Shown: positions 35,947-49,800, counted from the whole stretch's first letter. The stretch is 63,701 nt of DNA, filler included, from Hausera hauseri (GCA_046269625.1; 12 parts of 12 records of this genome joined end to end with filler, not necessarily neighbours in it), one strand, 5' to 3'. Notes: a model not told the origin generated them from the sequence alone. Numbers and translations are program-made.

Positions 35947-36527
35947 TTCGTGTATCCAACTGATGGTGCAGAAACTGAAATATTTGTCTGTTGAATAAAT
36001 TAGTCACTTTTTGTCTTACTGATTTATTGAGTGTTTGATATATTATCCTATTTATTCTGCTTATGTCATTAGTGATCGAACACATGTACAGGGTGACCGA
36101 GAAGTAACGCTGGCGCGAAAATCTAAATTTTTAATGACATACAAGTATAATGTTAAATTTTCATTACTTCTCGGTCACCCTTTAGTANNNNNNNNNNNNN
36201 NNNNNNNNNNNNNNNNNNNNNNNNNNNNNNNTTAATTAATTAANNNNNNNNNNNNNNNNNNNNNNNNNNNNNNNNNNNNNNNNNNNNTTTGTGAGATTTC
36301 GACAACCAATACTTTTTTCCACACAGTAATTACAATCTGTACATAGCAAATTAAATTAATTCACGAGTCCATTCAATAGTCCACAAAACCACGCATAAAA
36401 CATTTGACGCCTATTCGAATTTTAACACTTTAAATATGAATAAATAAATTATTTTTTCAAACCAATTTATATCATGAAATAAAAATTTACATAATGCTTA
36501 GAAAAAATGGTATTCAAAAAAATTTAC

Positions 36528-37646
36528 TTACATGTCCGGTGCTCTGACTGACGAAAATTCACAATGAAAAATAAAAGCTTTCTGTTTGTATTTGAAGTTT
36601 GTTCGATCGCCTTCAAGAATATCATGAATGACCGACCTTAAAGATTCGTCGGAATCATTAAGTGGAGCATTCAAATAATTCCGGTCAAGATTACAAAGGT
36701 AAATGTAATTTAGCATTTGCCAAGGTGTATAAAGATTTTCGGCGCCGCTTATATGGCCACCATCGTATTCGTACGGATACCGACAGTCAATAATATAAAA
36801 CATCAGCGAATCCGTTCTGAAATCGTTGTTAATTATTTCAGACAATTGTTCAGCAGTCAAATTTTCGATCGGATGATTTTCTTGTGCAACATCGACTGGA
36901 GCTGCAATTGGTCGGGCAACATAACTCAATTTACTTTCAATTTTTTCTCGTTTATGTAAATTATCTTCAAAATATAACGGGGATTCGGATACGGTTCTTC
37001 TAATTACTGGTTTCTTGGACAAATGCTTTGAGTTAATGTCAATATACGAAAAATCATTTTCCTTATTTCCCATGTTAAGATTATTAAGATCGCAAGGAGT
37101 TTCTGGAGTATTGGAATAAAGATTACAAGTAAAATTTGGTGTTACATCTGTTTTATTCATTAAAGTCATTCGTAATGCTTCGGTAGAATCACTTAGTTTT
37201 TTCTTGCTTAAATCAAATCCTGAAGCTTCACTAATTGAACGATTAAGAATCACAGTTTTGGAATCATCAATCGAAATCTCAGGGTTCCCTAATTTTCTAA
37301 ACTCTTCCCATGGACGAATTTGTTCAACCGGGGTGCAAAAGGCAGTTGAACTGCTTCCACTGGCTGAATCTAAAATACACGAACCAAGAAATTCATGACT
37401 CAGATTGGAAGTTAAAGATCCGTTTAGACATGTTATAGATCGACTTTCACAAGACTCAAACGATGTAACACTTTCACAAGATAAATTCAATGTTTCTTGG
37501 TGTCCAGAAGATAGTCGTATTCGTTTATATACGTTGTCTTTATTATCAGCTGATTCAGTATGTCGCTTTTCCCTTTTAATGCAATTTATATCCATTAATT
37601 TGAAAGTCTTAAGGCTTAAAATAATTATTTTTGATATATTTAGCAA
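36528..37646 (-). CDS. cdc25: Cdc25/String phosphatase, 5' exon (partial)
   Basis: IIDCRYPYEYDGGHISGA and FHCEFSSVRAP (HCX5R), immediately followed by a GTAAGT donor. Confidence 0.93.
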   Translation of the reverse strand: MLNISKIIILSLKTFKLMDINCIKREKRHTESADNKDNVYKRIRLSSGHQETLNLSCESVTSFESCESRSITCLNGSLTSNLSHEFLGSCILDSASGSSSTAFCTPVEQIRPWEEFRKLGNPEISIDDSKTVILNRSISEASGFDLSKKKLSDSTEALRMTLMNKTDVTPNFTCNLYSNTPETPCDLNNLNMGNKENDFSYIDINSKHLSKKPVIRRTVSESPLYFEDNLHKREKIESKLSYVARPIAAPVDVAQENHPIENLTAEQLSEIINNDFRTDSLMFYIIDCRYPYEYDGGHISGAENLYTPWQMLNYIYLCNLDRNYLNAPLNDSDESLRSVIHDILEGDRTNFKYKQKAFIFHCEFSSVRAPDM

Positions 37647-38393
37647 ACAAAATAAATATTTTAATTGTAAAATCCGTTTACTAGTCTACAAAAAAACAAC
37701 TGTAAAATAAATTAATTAAAAATTACCTTAACTAAACAAATTTTTCTTTCAGCTGTTAACAAAAACATTAAATTTAATTATTGGACCTTGATACACTTTA
37801 AATTATAAGTTATAATTTCATTAAATCAGGACACAGTTAGTTTTTGTGTAATATTTGGTTTCGCATGGTATAAGCCATAAAACGCTAAATTCCGGATACG
37901 TAGTAATTCAGCGATACATTAACATATGCGATATAGCCCCACTGTAAGTTGTATAGTAAATCTAAAATATGGGATTTTTTTATAAAAATTAGGTACAGAA
38001 GTACAAACTTTCATGTTTATTAATTATATGAACAAATATTTGAAACCAATGTTGAAATCATACAAAACGTGAATTCAAATATGATTGAATTTCTTATTTA
38101 TTTAATATATTGTATAATAAATTAAAAACATTACATTAATGTTTTTGTATCAAACCATTAATTTGACATTTGTTATGGGGGATTAAAATCCTGCTTATTA
38201 AATGTTTGATGATTAAATGTTCTGAAGATGAAATATACTGGAGTTAACATATCTGGACACTATATGAATACTGTCGGAAGACCAATTGTCAGAAACCAAT
38301 TGGTTGGAGATTCCGTGTCATTGATTTGATCAATACCTGTTTTGTAAAAAATGGTAATTTTATTCCACACCGGAAATTCCAAGCTTTGATTAC

Positions 38394-39101
38394 TTATGTC
38401 ATAGGATTATACCATGGAAGTTTTAAGCCTGATACATTCATGATTTCATCAAACATTCTTAATCCTATATTATAATTTATACATTTGACCTCGTATTGTT
38501 GTTTAAATGATCGATTTTCTATTGGAGCTATTTTTGTAAGTTGATGTAAAAAACAAGTAACCAATAATACATTATCTGTTATGGCTTGATCTTCCACAAT
38601 ATTGTTTGATTCTTTGTTATATTGATCGAGATATTCTTCATACATATCTGTATAGAAAGATATCAATGCTTCCAGGATGTATACTGGCATAGACCATAAT
38701 CGATTTGCATACTGAATACACTGATAGACGTCTTGATTATATTTCCGATATAATTGTAATTCTCCTGCACGACGGTACATTAACAATACTGTAGTTTGGT
38801 CCAAATTTATTTGTTCTACCTCTCTTTTCCATCCCAAGTGTCTTACATAGATTTGTCTTAGATCATCTATGAATCTTCTTTTGCTTGGGCAATGTTCAAC
38901 CATTATTTGTGCATGGTTATTTTCCAACGGTAAATAAGCTACTCTGTTAGCGACTACGACTAACTCTAGTTTAGTTGTTAACTCATGACAGTTCCGTCTA
39001 AGCTTATTTATCTTCCGGTAAATGGGTATTACTTTTCTAACATTTATATCTGCATGTTCAACTAATCCTCCCTCTTCCTGCGCTATTATAGCTATAATCA
39101 C
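38394..39101 (-). CDS. Hypothetical alpha-helical protein (decayed upstream)
   Basis: 235 open codons in very AT-rich DNA; no family recognised. Confidence 0.4.
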   Translation of the reverse strand: MIIAIIAQEEGGLVEHADINVRKVIPIYRKINKLRRNCHELTTKLELVVVANRVAYLPLENNHAQIMVEHCPSKRRFIDDLRQIYVRHLGWKREVEQINLDQTTVLLMYRRAGELQLYRKYNQDVYQCIQYANRLWSMPVYILEALISFYTDMYEEYLDQYNKESNNIVEDQAITDNVLLVTCFLHQLTKIAPIENRSFKQQYEVKCINYNIGLRMFDEIMNVSGLKLPWYNPMT

Positions 39102-39686
39102 TTTTGTTTCGTATGATAATGCCTTATTTAAATGAACTTCTTCCTTAACACATTGAATTATTTCGTCATGCTGTTTAATTACATTTGTGTAGTAAAAATT
39201 ATGCGTGGCGTCCTTATCGTACAGCTGGAGTTCTATCTGAATAGTGTAATAGAGACTTTTCCAAGTTTCGGTTTGGTCATAATCTTCTATATTGTCTATT
39301 ATTCCTTAACTGCTTTCTTTTATATTCTCCAACTGCTGAGACAACGTTAGAGATTCATTAAAAATTGGCTCCTTTGTTTCATTTGGTAATGGATATTGGT
39401 CAACAGGGTCATTATAGCATAGTGATAATTGTTCATTAATTCATGTTTTAGTTATTCATTTGACCAAAAAATAAAAGAAACAGCTTATAGCCTCCAGATT
39501 CCTTAAAGATGAACATAAAATTTCTCCAGAAACAAGTTACATATTGAGATCTTTATTTAACCAGGGTTGAGAAATAGGCAGTATTGCCTGTTTACATTTC
39601 TGCCATGGTGGTTTTGCCTAGATTTTGAGAGAGACCAAGACCACCAGGCCACCCACAAATACGTTTTTTTTTTCTTTTTTTTCCAG

Positions 39687-39740
39687 GCATTGAATATCAC
39701 GACTCACGTTCTCAAGCAAGGCGGAACATTTGTTGCTAAG
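39687..39740 (+). CDS. FTSJ1: Single exon of tRNA 2'-O-methyltransferase FTSJ1/Trm7
   Basis: Polypyrimidine-CAG | ALNITTHVLKQGGTFVAK | GTATGA; not in the ORF track. Confidence 0.85.
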
Positions 39741-40689
39741 GTATGAAGCTGTTTCATGCATGTTGCTGTAATTATAAACATTGCTATGACAAGAAGGAAA
39801 AAATCCTATAACCACTTTTATTTTTTATTTACTCTCTTTGAAATATTACTTATATCATGAACATATGCATTCGATTGATTCCCAGCATACAGCACAGTGA
39901 CATTTTAACAGTGTTTTGGTTTTCATCCTTACTATATAGGAGATGTAATTTATAAGTTTAAGTAAAGTTGAGCAGTTAGCCACTTACACCCAGTTTAGTT
40001 TGTGCAGTAATGGCCTACCACGTCTCGCTATCCAAGTCATTCCCAGTGGTGCAAACCAGGAAACTGGGACCTTGAGGTTTCAAGCTGTCGGGGCTCTGTA
40101 TCATGAAATTGATGGTAAAGGGCAAAAGTAAGAGGTAGATCCAAGCTGCAATAGGCAGATAATCTCAGGAAATGGGCAGGAAAATTGACTGAAGAATTGC
40201 ATGTCTTTGTTCAAGATGGACAACTTTGGAAATTTAACGAACCATATAGAGAAATAATACTGGATTTTTCACCCCATTTCTTTCGATCTGCTTCTTTTCC
40301 CCATCCAATACACTGTAAAGATGTTGAATCTGTATCAACACTGAAATTCAAGCAATATTTAATTACAGCTTTTACAGTATATTTTTCATTTGTATCTTCA
40401 ACCTTTATATTATTGAATAATAACACGGCCTCTTTGAATAATGTNNNNNNNNNNNNNNNNNNNNNNNNNNNNNNNNNNNNNNNNNNNNTTAATTAATTAA
40501 NNNNNNNNNNNNNNNNNNNNNNNNNNNNNNNNNNNNNNNNNNNNTACATGTATATTCTCTAACATCTTCAAAGTACTCATCATCCTGTTTGCTCATATTA
40601 ATTACTGGTTTATTGTTCGTTATGTAGGTCATGTTCTATATTTAGCAATTGTTTATAGACCAAATATTAATGCACTTTTGTTTTAATGC

Positions 40690-41160
40690 ATCAATTAAAT
40701 TAAATACGTAGCAGCGCCAAATTTAAATAGGTTTTCCTATATAGCGATTTGAATGACGTCATTAGATTCTTCGAATAATGCATGCTTAATCGAATTTTCG
40801 AGCTCGAATAGCTAAGTATTCGACTTGTAACCTCTAATTCGAATATCTGGTGCCATATTCCAGTTCAACATACATGACTTCCTATCACGCCCTGCCTATA
40901 GAATTATTGATTTCAGCTTCACTGGGCTTTAAATGCACATTTTGCTTAATTCGAAATATTGATTTTGTGTCCATATAGCACATTTTCATGGAATAATTTT
41001 TATGTATAAGCGGGTTTTCATATATGGAAAATCGATTGTCGCTGTTAGGTTTTTCGAATAATTCGATATTCGATATTCGAGCTCGAAAATATTCGAATTT
41101 CGAATATTCGACTTGAAATTTAAGATCGCCATATTCGACTTCCTCTGTCTCCACTAATTA
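40690..41160. repeat. TTCGAA/TCGAATATTCGA palindrome-rich MITE-like repeat
   Basis: Dense clusters of TCGAAT/ATTCGA at 40770-40850 and 41050-41140. Confidence 0.4.
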
Positions 41161-41229
41161 TAATATCCAATTTTGACTCCATAGGGCCTAAAAACCTATG
41201 GGGAGTCTGTTCCAGTTGGATCGATATTA

Positions 41230-42086
41230 TTCGACAACTAATAGATAAATTTAAATTCTAACTGTCCATTCATATACTGCACCATGTTTGTGTTCGAATG
41301 CACCCGATCACATGTCCTAATCATCAATATTGGAAATATCGGAAATCCGATATTATTGATTTTTTCACACTTGCACGTGTTTTTGCACTGCACAGTATAT
41401 GCCAAGGTGCATCTCGATGTACTCTATCTACCTGCACTTAACCCCAATCGATTCCATCAATCCTACGCTGCACAATGACCAAAATGTGAAAAGTGAAAAA
41501 GTGCCTTGGAAACCGTATCCAAGAGCACACTTGACTCGAGTATTGCACTGATCGATAGTACATCAAGCACTTCACCTTCCAGTGTGCCATATTGATATTA
41601 TTGATTTTCAATTTATAGCGGAAAGGCCTATGGGAAGTCTGGCCTAGTTGGCAATTATTCGAAAACCAATCAATATATTTAAATTCTAACTGCACATACA
41701 CACAGTCCATCATATGTGCTTCCGATTGCACCCGGTGCTGTGCCCCAATAATCAATATTGGGAATATCATAAATCCGATATTATTGAATTTTGCACACTT
41801 GCACATGTGCTGCACACCTATACTGTGCAGCAATCGATGCGCACTGATGTGCACTATCGATTAGCACTTTGTTCCGATCGATTCGATCAATACTGCACTG
41901 TGCAGCGATCGATTTGTGAAATGTGCAAAAGTGGCCCTAACAACGGTGCCTAGCGGCACCGTTGCCTAGCACTCTATGGATCGATAGTGCACCGTGTGCA
42001 CTATCGATTGGCATACGTGCACTATCGATTTATCGACGCGCACACCCCCTCCTGGGGTGAGCCAGAATTCCCATTTTCCCCCTACT
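41230..42086 (-). mobile_element. Maverick/Polinton terminal repeat with internal duplication
   Basis: Ends AGTAGG (minus); 41660-42086 aligns with 10232-10650; 41230-41420 partly duplicates 41660-41860; perfect hairpin CAACGGTGCC-TAGC-GGCACCGTTG at 41941-41964. Confidence 0.7.
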
Positions 42087-42859
42087 TTTATTAAATCATA
42101 TATTCAATTTTAGTGGCGTTCCATAGAAGGTTTAGGGGACTAAACATCCCCACCATAGAATCTAACTTCAAAAATTTTTTCATAGGATTTATCGCCCAAT
42201 TTATCTTATTTTTGATGACTTTTTAAATTCTAAACTTTTTGTACGTGTTATAAACATTTAACCATGAATAAATTTGAATATATCATATTGGGTACCACCT
42301 ATGCAAGAAGTACCGTAAAACATAAGCTACATATAGCTTTTGGTATTATGTAACGAGTATTACGTAAACCCCCACTTGGGAAAATCCTGAGTGTGGTGCT
42401 CACTGTACATTTTAGTCCCCTGGTCCATTTTGGCCGGACACAGCCGGGGTGACGTTTTCACCACGATTGTGCCGTTTGTCAGGGCTGGTTGTCCTCCCTC
42501 GGGGGATTTTTCTGTTGAGCGGCACGTTCGGAATAGTTATCATTTTTATAATTGCATGATCTCGGCATAATGACATTTAATTATAAATGAGGTTACGAAA
42601 AAGGTCACTCGATGCAATGGAAAAGCCACGTAGCAATTAAAATCAATGGAAGCACAGAACACCGTGCATCGTCCTACTGTTCTAATGGCATCTCCTTGGA
42701 CAACAGTGTTAATAATACAGCGACACAGAAATGTCTCTCGCCACTAACGGTTATTACGTTGTCGACCAATTCGAAAATAAATAGAATTAACAGTAACCTT
42801 TCATCTCCAACAGTTACTGATAACGAAACACCATATACCCTTTCACTGCCTCGAATATT

Positions 42860-42998
42860 ACGAAGTTGTTCTTTCTTTAACAGATCTCCGAACAAGGTTT
42901 GGGTTGTTCAAACCAAAGTCCTTAAAGAAATGAAGGCAGGAAATATTACCAAAAACTACGGACATTTTGGCGTGCAGAAGTCCACCCCCAGAATTTAG
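42860..42998 (+). pseudogene. Gypsy integrase Zn-finger remnant
   Basis: GHFGVQKSTPRI. Confidence 0.45.
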
Positions 42999-43465
42999 GA
43001 GTTTCTGCATCATGTATCTCTAACTCGTATGGGAGATTTGTTGAGTAATGAATCAGCATAATCAAAACAAGGAATATTCATATTCATAACTTAAACTGAA
43101 ATAGAACGAACCCGAGCAGGTTGGAAAAATTTATTTTTTATATATTGTCTAACAACAATGTTTTGCAATTAAAAAAAATCAATAGTTTGGTAACGTCCAC
43201 CAATTTTAAATTATTAAATCAAAAATTTGCAAATGTTTTTCAATATTTAAACAAAATCTGGTAATGTTGAAAAGACATGGCTATCTCGGCACTTTTTTGT
43301 CAATCCTACCCGACAGCTATTTCAACAGAATAGAACACATTGTACATGGGTTTAAAAAACAAACCAAACGTTTAAATCTAAAGTAATACAAATTGAAAAT
43401 GACTTAAGGTAGACTACATGTAGTAAAATACAGTGAAAATAAAAAGGAAAACTTATTTTTTCCAG

Positions 43466-43562
43466 CTTCAAGAGCCAGTTCTGTTGCTTGGTAAAGAGAG
43501 ATTTGCTGGTGTTGACATTCGTGTGCGAGTACGAGGAGGTGGTCATGTAGCACAGATCTATG
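43466..43562 (+). CDS. RPS16: Single 97-nt exon of 40S ribosomal protein S16
   Basis: TTTTTTCCAG | [32 protein letters not shown] | GTGAGT. Confidence 0.95.
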
Positions 43563-43749
43563 GTGAGTTTTTCAGTTCTGTCATGTTTGGAAGTACCGTT
43601 TTAAAACTGATGCATACATTTAGCTGAAACATATTGAGCATCATACCAACAGTCTCCTGATATTTGTATGTATATAACACATATGGTATGCATTTCAAAG
43701 GACATGTAGTTTGAAGGATAAGAAAGTAATGGGCAGAAGAGTTTCCGTT

Positions 43750-44520
43750 TTCCCTCTATAGAAGCAAGGTTAAGCTTTCTGTTTGTCACTAATGGCTGTG
43801 TTGTTGCTTGGGATCTGCATAGGTGTGGGGTATTTCCTCTGTGAGGTCCCCGCCATACCGTCGAGGAGTTTCCATGCTTTCATCCCATGTTTCCTGAGGT
43901 CTAGGTAATCACAGTTTTGCGTCCATGCCTCTAGTTTGCAGCTCTACTTGTCAGTTTGTCTTGTGCGGTGTGCTTGTTGTACGCAGCTTGGTTTTCCGGA
44001 CTCGGATTTAGTTGTGCTCCTTTATAAGTTTGGGTCTGTTTCTATCAATATTCAGCTGAAAAATATTAAAATTTCTTCCAGTAACATCTTAACACCACGG
44101 GCAGCCGAGGATCCTGCCATGCGGACCTTGCCCGAGGCGACGTACGAGCTCGTATAATTTCTTTTGAACAAATGGCATGACATCAATAGAGTAGTGATTG
44201 TGATTAGCTTCTTTTCTTACCGGTAGTTATCCTCTATCTCATGCGGGGTGTGCAAGACATGGTGGGCACTGTACTACTAATCACTGGGGAGTAATTTATT
44301 TTCCCTTGCTAGCTTCAAGTTGCTTCAGCTGGTGTGTCATTGATTTCTCCCCTTCCCACTATCAACTATCCCACATTCCAGTATCTACAGACTCAGTGAG
44401 GCTCACCGTTGTGCAGTCCCCACCACTCTATGACTGCTGTATCCTGGATATAACCATATTTGGAATTTATTCTGAGAGCTCAAAGGGGTCGTCATGTCGT
44501 GCACTCGAGTGCATTCACTA
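43750..44520 (-). mobile_element. Possible non-LTR retrotransposon remnant (EN-RT linker)
   Basis: Minus-strand WTQNCDYLDLRKHGMKAWKLL resembles the linker of LINE ORF2; heavily decayed. Confidence 0.3.
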
Positions 44521-44844
44521 AGATTGCTGCAGAGATCGTCATGCAATCAAACTATNNNNNNNNNNTTGAGGCTGGGGGGAAAACACCACCCCCCCCCCCC
44601 CCCAACATGTGCAAGAGCGCGCAGTGTAGTTAGCCAAACTGTAGACTGTTACCAGAGGGTGGCTATTTGTTCCATACACTGAACTCGGTAGGTCAAGGTG
44701 AAAGAGGCCACGGTATGCTCAGTGCTACCGCCGATTCCCATGCTACCTCTCATGATCTCCCCAAACTCCCCCCCCCCCCTTAATATGTTAGAAACATTGG
44801 GCGCCAAATCTACAATATGTTTCGCCACTGAAACGAACACGAGG

Positions 44845-44915
44845 CAATAGTAGTAGTTGTGGATTTGAACCCCGCATCTTCGCCTTGGTACACCGAATGA
44901 TTAACTACTCTTGCG
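44845..44915 (-). mobile_element. tRNA-derived SINE-like head
   Basis: B-box GGTTCAAATCC with an A-box-like sequence ~35 nt upstream; no complete cloverleaf. Confidence 0.3.
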
Positions 44916-45959
44916 AATCATGCACCCATTTAATCTTAATTACGGTGAGCAGTACGTTCGTGAGGGCTCGTGAAGTTATGATTTGCTTGACAGGCATACC
45001 TACCAGAAGTAAGCCCGAAATTGCCACAAATGATTTCGAAAATAATCGTATTAGACTCTCACAGAATTCAGCAGGCATCTTCAAACCCTTTTACACCTGA
45101 CATAGCGAGGGCCGCCAGCTACACTTTCCGAGAGTGGATTGGCTACAACCGAGTTATGTAACTCTTGTCTTTGACTTCCAGTGCCTTAAGTGATAGTTTT
45201 GTATGTAGGGCTGGTTTTTAATGTACAGCTGAGATGAAAACACATCTGCTTTAATCCATCATCATCATTATAATGAGGAGTCAGGGAAGAAGGATTATAC
45301 TGGTCAAACTGTTTCTTTTGAACCATAAAAAACATCCAGGCAAATCTGTGGTACGCTGCGTCATACCAGGATAGTATAGTGTCTGCTGAAGCTGTCTAAA
45401 TGACATATGCTTAAAAATAATCGAAAGCGAGAGAGGGGGAAAAACATAATAATAAGAATAATATCCATTTCGTTATTCAAATGATAGGAGTCAAAAACAA
45501 GAAATTTATGTTAGATGATATTACTATAACAGTATCGTGAAAATGGTAAAGGAAAGATGAATGGAAAATTTGAATATCCAGTATACTTCGTTCCCTTAAA
45601 TTGTTCCATACAAAGAGTACCTTGGAATTCATCATTTAAGGCAGTTAAAACATTAATTATTAAGGAGGCATAATACTAGCCTTTTCCGATTGTTCTTAGT
45701 CTTAGCATAAATCCTTAATAAACTCGTTACAAAACCAATAGAATACTCTGATCTTCCCATATGTTCCGTGAGTTTGTTTCATGTGAATATTAATTCATTA
45801 ACCTTGGAATAACACAATATCATTCCATCTGCCTAATTGGATAACTTTGAGAGGCAGACGATAACCTATTGTCGTACCACCATCGGACTCATCTAAATGA
45901 ACTTTATATGTTAAGTTACCAGAAAAGCAGAAAGAAATCATTTAGTTTAATAACAAATC

Positions 45960-46237
45960 CAAATAAATGTATAATTTCAGTGTTGACTGAGCTTAACATA
46001 CATAATAGCAACAAATGTGGCCATTCCACCACTTTGAAGGAAGAGTACAGGGCCATCGCTTCTACCTTGGAAAAGTTAAAATACCAAGTTCATCAATGAG
46101 TTATCTGTGTCTTAACATGAAGATGGTTCATTTTTTGCTTGGTCAACAAAGTGGATACACAAAATATCTTTGCTTTTATGCCTTTGGGATAGTATAGCAA
46201 AACATGAACATTGGATAAAAGACTGGTATGGTGCCCA
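45960..46237 (+). mobile_element. Second Chapaev3-like transposase fragment
   Basis: GHSTTLKEEY..LEKLKY..H..FLLGQQSGYTKYLCF, homologous to 3100-3290. Confidence 0.7.
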
Positions 46238-46879
46238 NNNNNNNNNNNNNNNNNNNNNNNNNNNNNNNNNNNNNNNNNNNNTTAATTAATTAANNNNNNN
46301 NNNNNNNNNNNNNNNNNNNNNNNNNNNNNNNNNNNNNATGAAAAAAAAAAGAATTGTTAGGTTTATATGAATTTATTTTCAGTCGCCGTCAGAAATGGTT
46401 ATTCCTCCCAACCTAATTGGAAATAGGAGAAGGCTTTCTTATTTATTTATTCCGTCAGTAAAACGTTTCTTACCGGTATTTCGAATCACAATCATTGCTA
46501 TCATGGTTGATAGGTGAACAACATTCCTCTCTGCCAGGACGTCCCCAATACTACAAGACACCGCTTCTTAAAATGCGGACTGCTATTTTTCGCTCTTACT
46601 GCTAGGACCTCAGAGTCAATACCAGCGCTCCCAAAAATCTGCACGTCTGGACAGAAATGTTGAGCAACCCTACTCGACGTAGGCTTACCATAGTTTGATT
46701 TGGTTTCAAAAAAACTTCTGAATCAGTTTAGATTAACAGTCACGTCAAACGGAATGAACTGGAAATCTTGCTTTTTCAGTTGCGATGGCTTTCGTTGTGA
46801 TTCCCATGTTTATTGATTTATTTATTAATATATTCTCTCGTATAGTTTTACTTGGCCTATATAGTACTTAATTAGTTTT

Positions 46880-49800
46880 TCTTGGCTTTATCCTATATTC
46901 CACATCACTTGATCAAGAAGGCAACAAGATATTTTGAAACAAAACAATTACCACATATCCATGAAGTAATGTGCTTATTCCGTTGTTCAGGATTTTTCTC
47001 TTGTCATCCATCCAATCTAGGCTCTTCTTCTGCAGCCTTACGGTTTCGATGTTGTGAGCCCTACGTTGGATCCTTTGCATTTTTGATATGATGTGAGTGT
47101 AAGCCTGCAGAACTCTCACATGATCACTGAAATCAATCTTCTTGGCCAAGGTAGCCCTTTGAAGGCCTTATTTCTTTTTAATCTGATCACATACATCAAG
47201 GGTATACATTTTATTCCACAGCACCACAAATCGCGAGATAATTGCCTTATTCATCTTCTCTTTGAATTTCCCAAGGACTTTGTTGTTGGTGATTGAATAT
47301 TTTGGATGCTCCTTCGGATGCACCAAATAAGCAAAGTCTGCAAAGATGTATTCTGTATGGATATGATAGATGAAGCTATCAGTATCCACATACGTAAGTT
47401 GCATAGGCTGGAATTCGGGGACCACGATATCATTGTGGACATGATACATTAGGGCCTTTGACAAATCTAGTATCGTCATACCCACATATATAGGCTTGTT
47501 AAACTAAAGCGATGTTTTCAGCATATGTATGCTAACCACGTTCTCCGTATATATCATGCTACTGTGGAAGTTCGGCTTTGCTATAAGCTTCTTGGCTCGC
47601 TTCCACTCACAGACCAGTTCGATGTTGATCTCATTCCGAATGTTCTCCATCGTCTTTCCAAAAATGCCGTTGTTATACAGCTTGAACTAGCCCTTCTCAA
47701 AGTCGTTCTTGGCATTGGCCCGCAGCTTCGTATTAAGATCTATATATGGCTACAGCCCCTTGGACTGGCTGAACTGCAGGGCCAAATAAATCTTTGTGAT
47801 GCCATTTGTGCCATTTTTGATGTCCATTTCTTATAGCCTGCTGGAGATTAATGTAATGGACCCCATACTTGTTTCTACTGTCCAGATGGCAGAGCAGTTT
47901 TCGATGTTTTCCATGAGAAGAAGGCTTGCTGTCGGGAAGAAAAGTCAGCTGTTCATGTATTGTGTGGATATTATGTGGATATTCAACATCTACCTCCAGT
48001 ATGTAGCCCGTATCTCCATTGGTATCTACATCTGCAACAGGGATGGCTTCCGGGTAATCCACCTATTTAAAGTCATCATAAGTCAATGATGCACTCATTG
48101 CTAATCCATATGGGTTGTTAGCATCAAGGTATATTATGAGTCGTGTTCGGCCATATACTTGTTATTGGCCTCGCTATAGCGGTGAATGGCCTGGAATATT
48201 CCGCCTCTAATGCATCTCTCAGTCATGAGGATCATGTCGTAATCTGCAACCTAATACGAGTATATCGCAGCATTTCTGCTTATCTAATCCCTGGGGCTGT
48301 AAATAAAAAAGCCGGATCCTATGTATGGCTCTTCAGCGTAACATCCGTGAAGCTCTCAAAGACATCCGTAACCAGAAACACATCCATTAGGAGATATAAG
48401 TTATTGAATTCCACAACTGTCCTGCATTGGAATACATGCCAGATAATCTGCGCATGCTTATAGTCTGCATCGTTAATATGGCTCTCCAACAGTTGGTTAT
48501 AAAAGCCCTCCTTGTCTGGCAATATGATCTCATCCTGTAATCCCCATTAGGTCATATAGTCATAGGGAAATATTCCTTTCCTCTTGACAAGGTCAAATGT
48601 TGTAGGGAAGACATCTCCCTTGAGATCTTCTGCAGGGAAGTTTTTCACCAAGCTGTCAAGTTAAGACGACATGAAGCGAAAGATGTCTACGAATCGGAGC
48701 TGGATTTTTCCAACATATTTTGTGAAGGTGATATACTTCTTCTGATTTCTGGGAATTACATAAATGTTCCGCCAAATGTTGCCTAGTTTCCGAACAATAA
48801 AATGAGAATCATACCCACTGAGGTTGTGGAATGCCACATGCAGATATGTGAATGTTTTGCAACGTAGATTACAATTGTTTCAGGCTGCGCCACGATATTT
48901 GCCTGTAAAATGACAAAGATCCCCGACATTATGATTTTCCTTAGTGAAAGATTTAGATCACAAGCAGCATGTTGATGTCTTATGCATTCTTCATGTTTAT
49001 TCCTTGACATGGTCATAGTACCTAATTCCTGTGCTGTTGCAGGATAATTTCAATTCTATGAGCCATATCTTCCAATCTCTTCATGAAATTTGCTGATGCA
49101 GCAAGGCCCCTGAATAGAAATGGTTCCTTGTCCAGTTCTTTTGCATACATGCAGTATGACGAAAGTTCGTGATATTGATAAGCCATTGTGCTGCTGTGTT
49201 ACAGATTGAGGTTCCAACTGTAAACTGGACGCAAGGTTGCTTCAAATTCGCAATAGGTGACTATTGGAACTTTGACCATCTTCTCGAACTCCTTAAATTC
49301 GATATAGTCCTCCTAGGGAAATTCTGACCTGATACAATAATTGTTGTTGCAATACATCTTATGCTCTGAAAGCTTCAATACTGCTACATCACCGCTTAAA
49401 TGGACAAGCATCTTTTGCATATTTCGATTTGTCCATAATGTTTCGTAATTTGATTATTGGCTCAAAGTCTCTGATCCAAGCGAAAGGTTTCTTTTCTCCA
49501 TCGTCTAATATGAGCACATCCCCATGATCTTCCAATTCCACATCACATATTTGCAGCCAATAGAATTTGTCATCCTCATCCAATCCAAAGATTTTGATGG
49601 ACATGTTGTTGATTCAACTGAATTTCTTGACTTCACCTAAGGGTGCAGGGAATGTAATACATTAAGCGTCATAATTGTACTGTATATCCTTATATAACCA
49701 AACTTGATCTGCTGCATGTTTTTGACCCCGTACAAGTTTATATAGAATGAAATACATGAAACACTTGTTTTTGCTATTTGGAACATCGTTACATGCTTTT

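Noticed and set aside
41284-41953. Cys/His-rich ORFs here and at 10180-10509 and 25784-26035
   Set aside because: Translations of the palindromic GTGCAC/ATCGAT terminal repeat.
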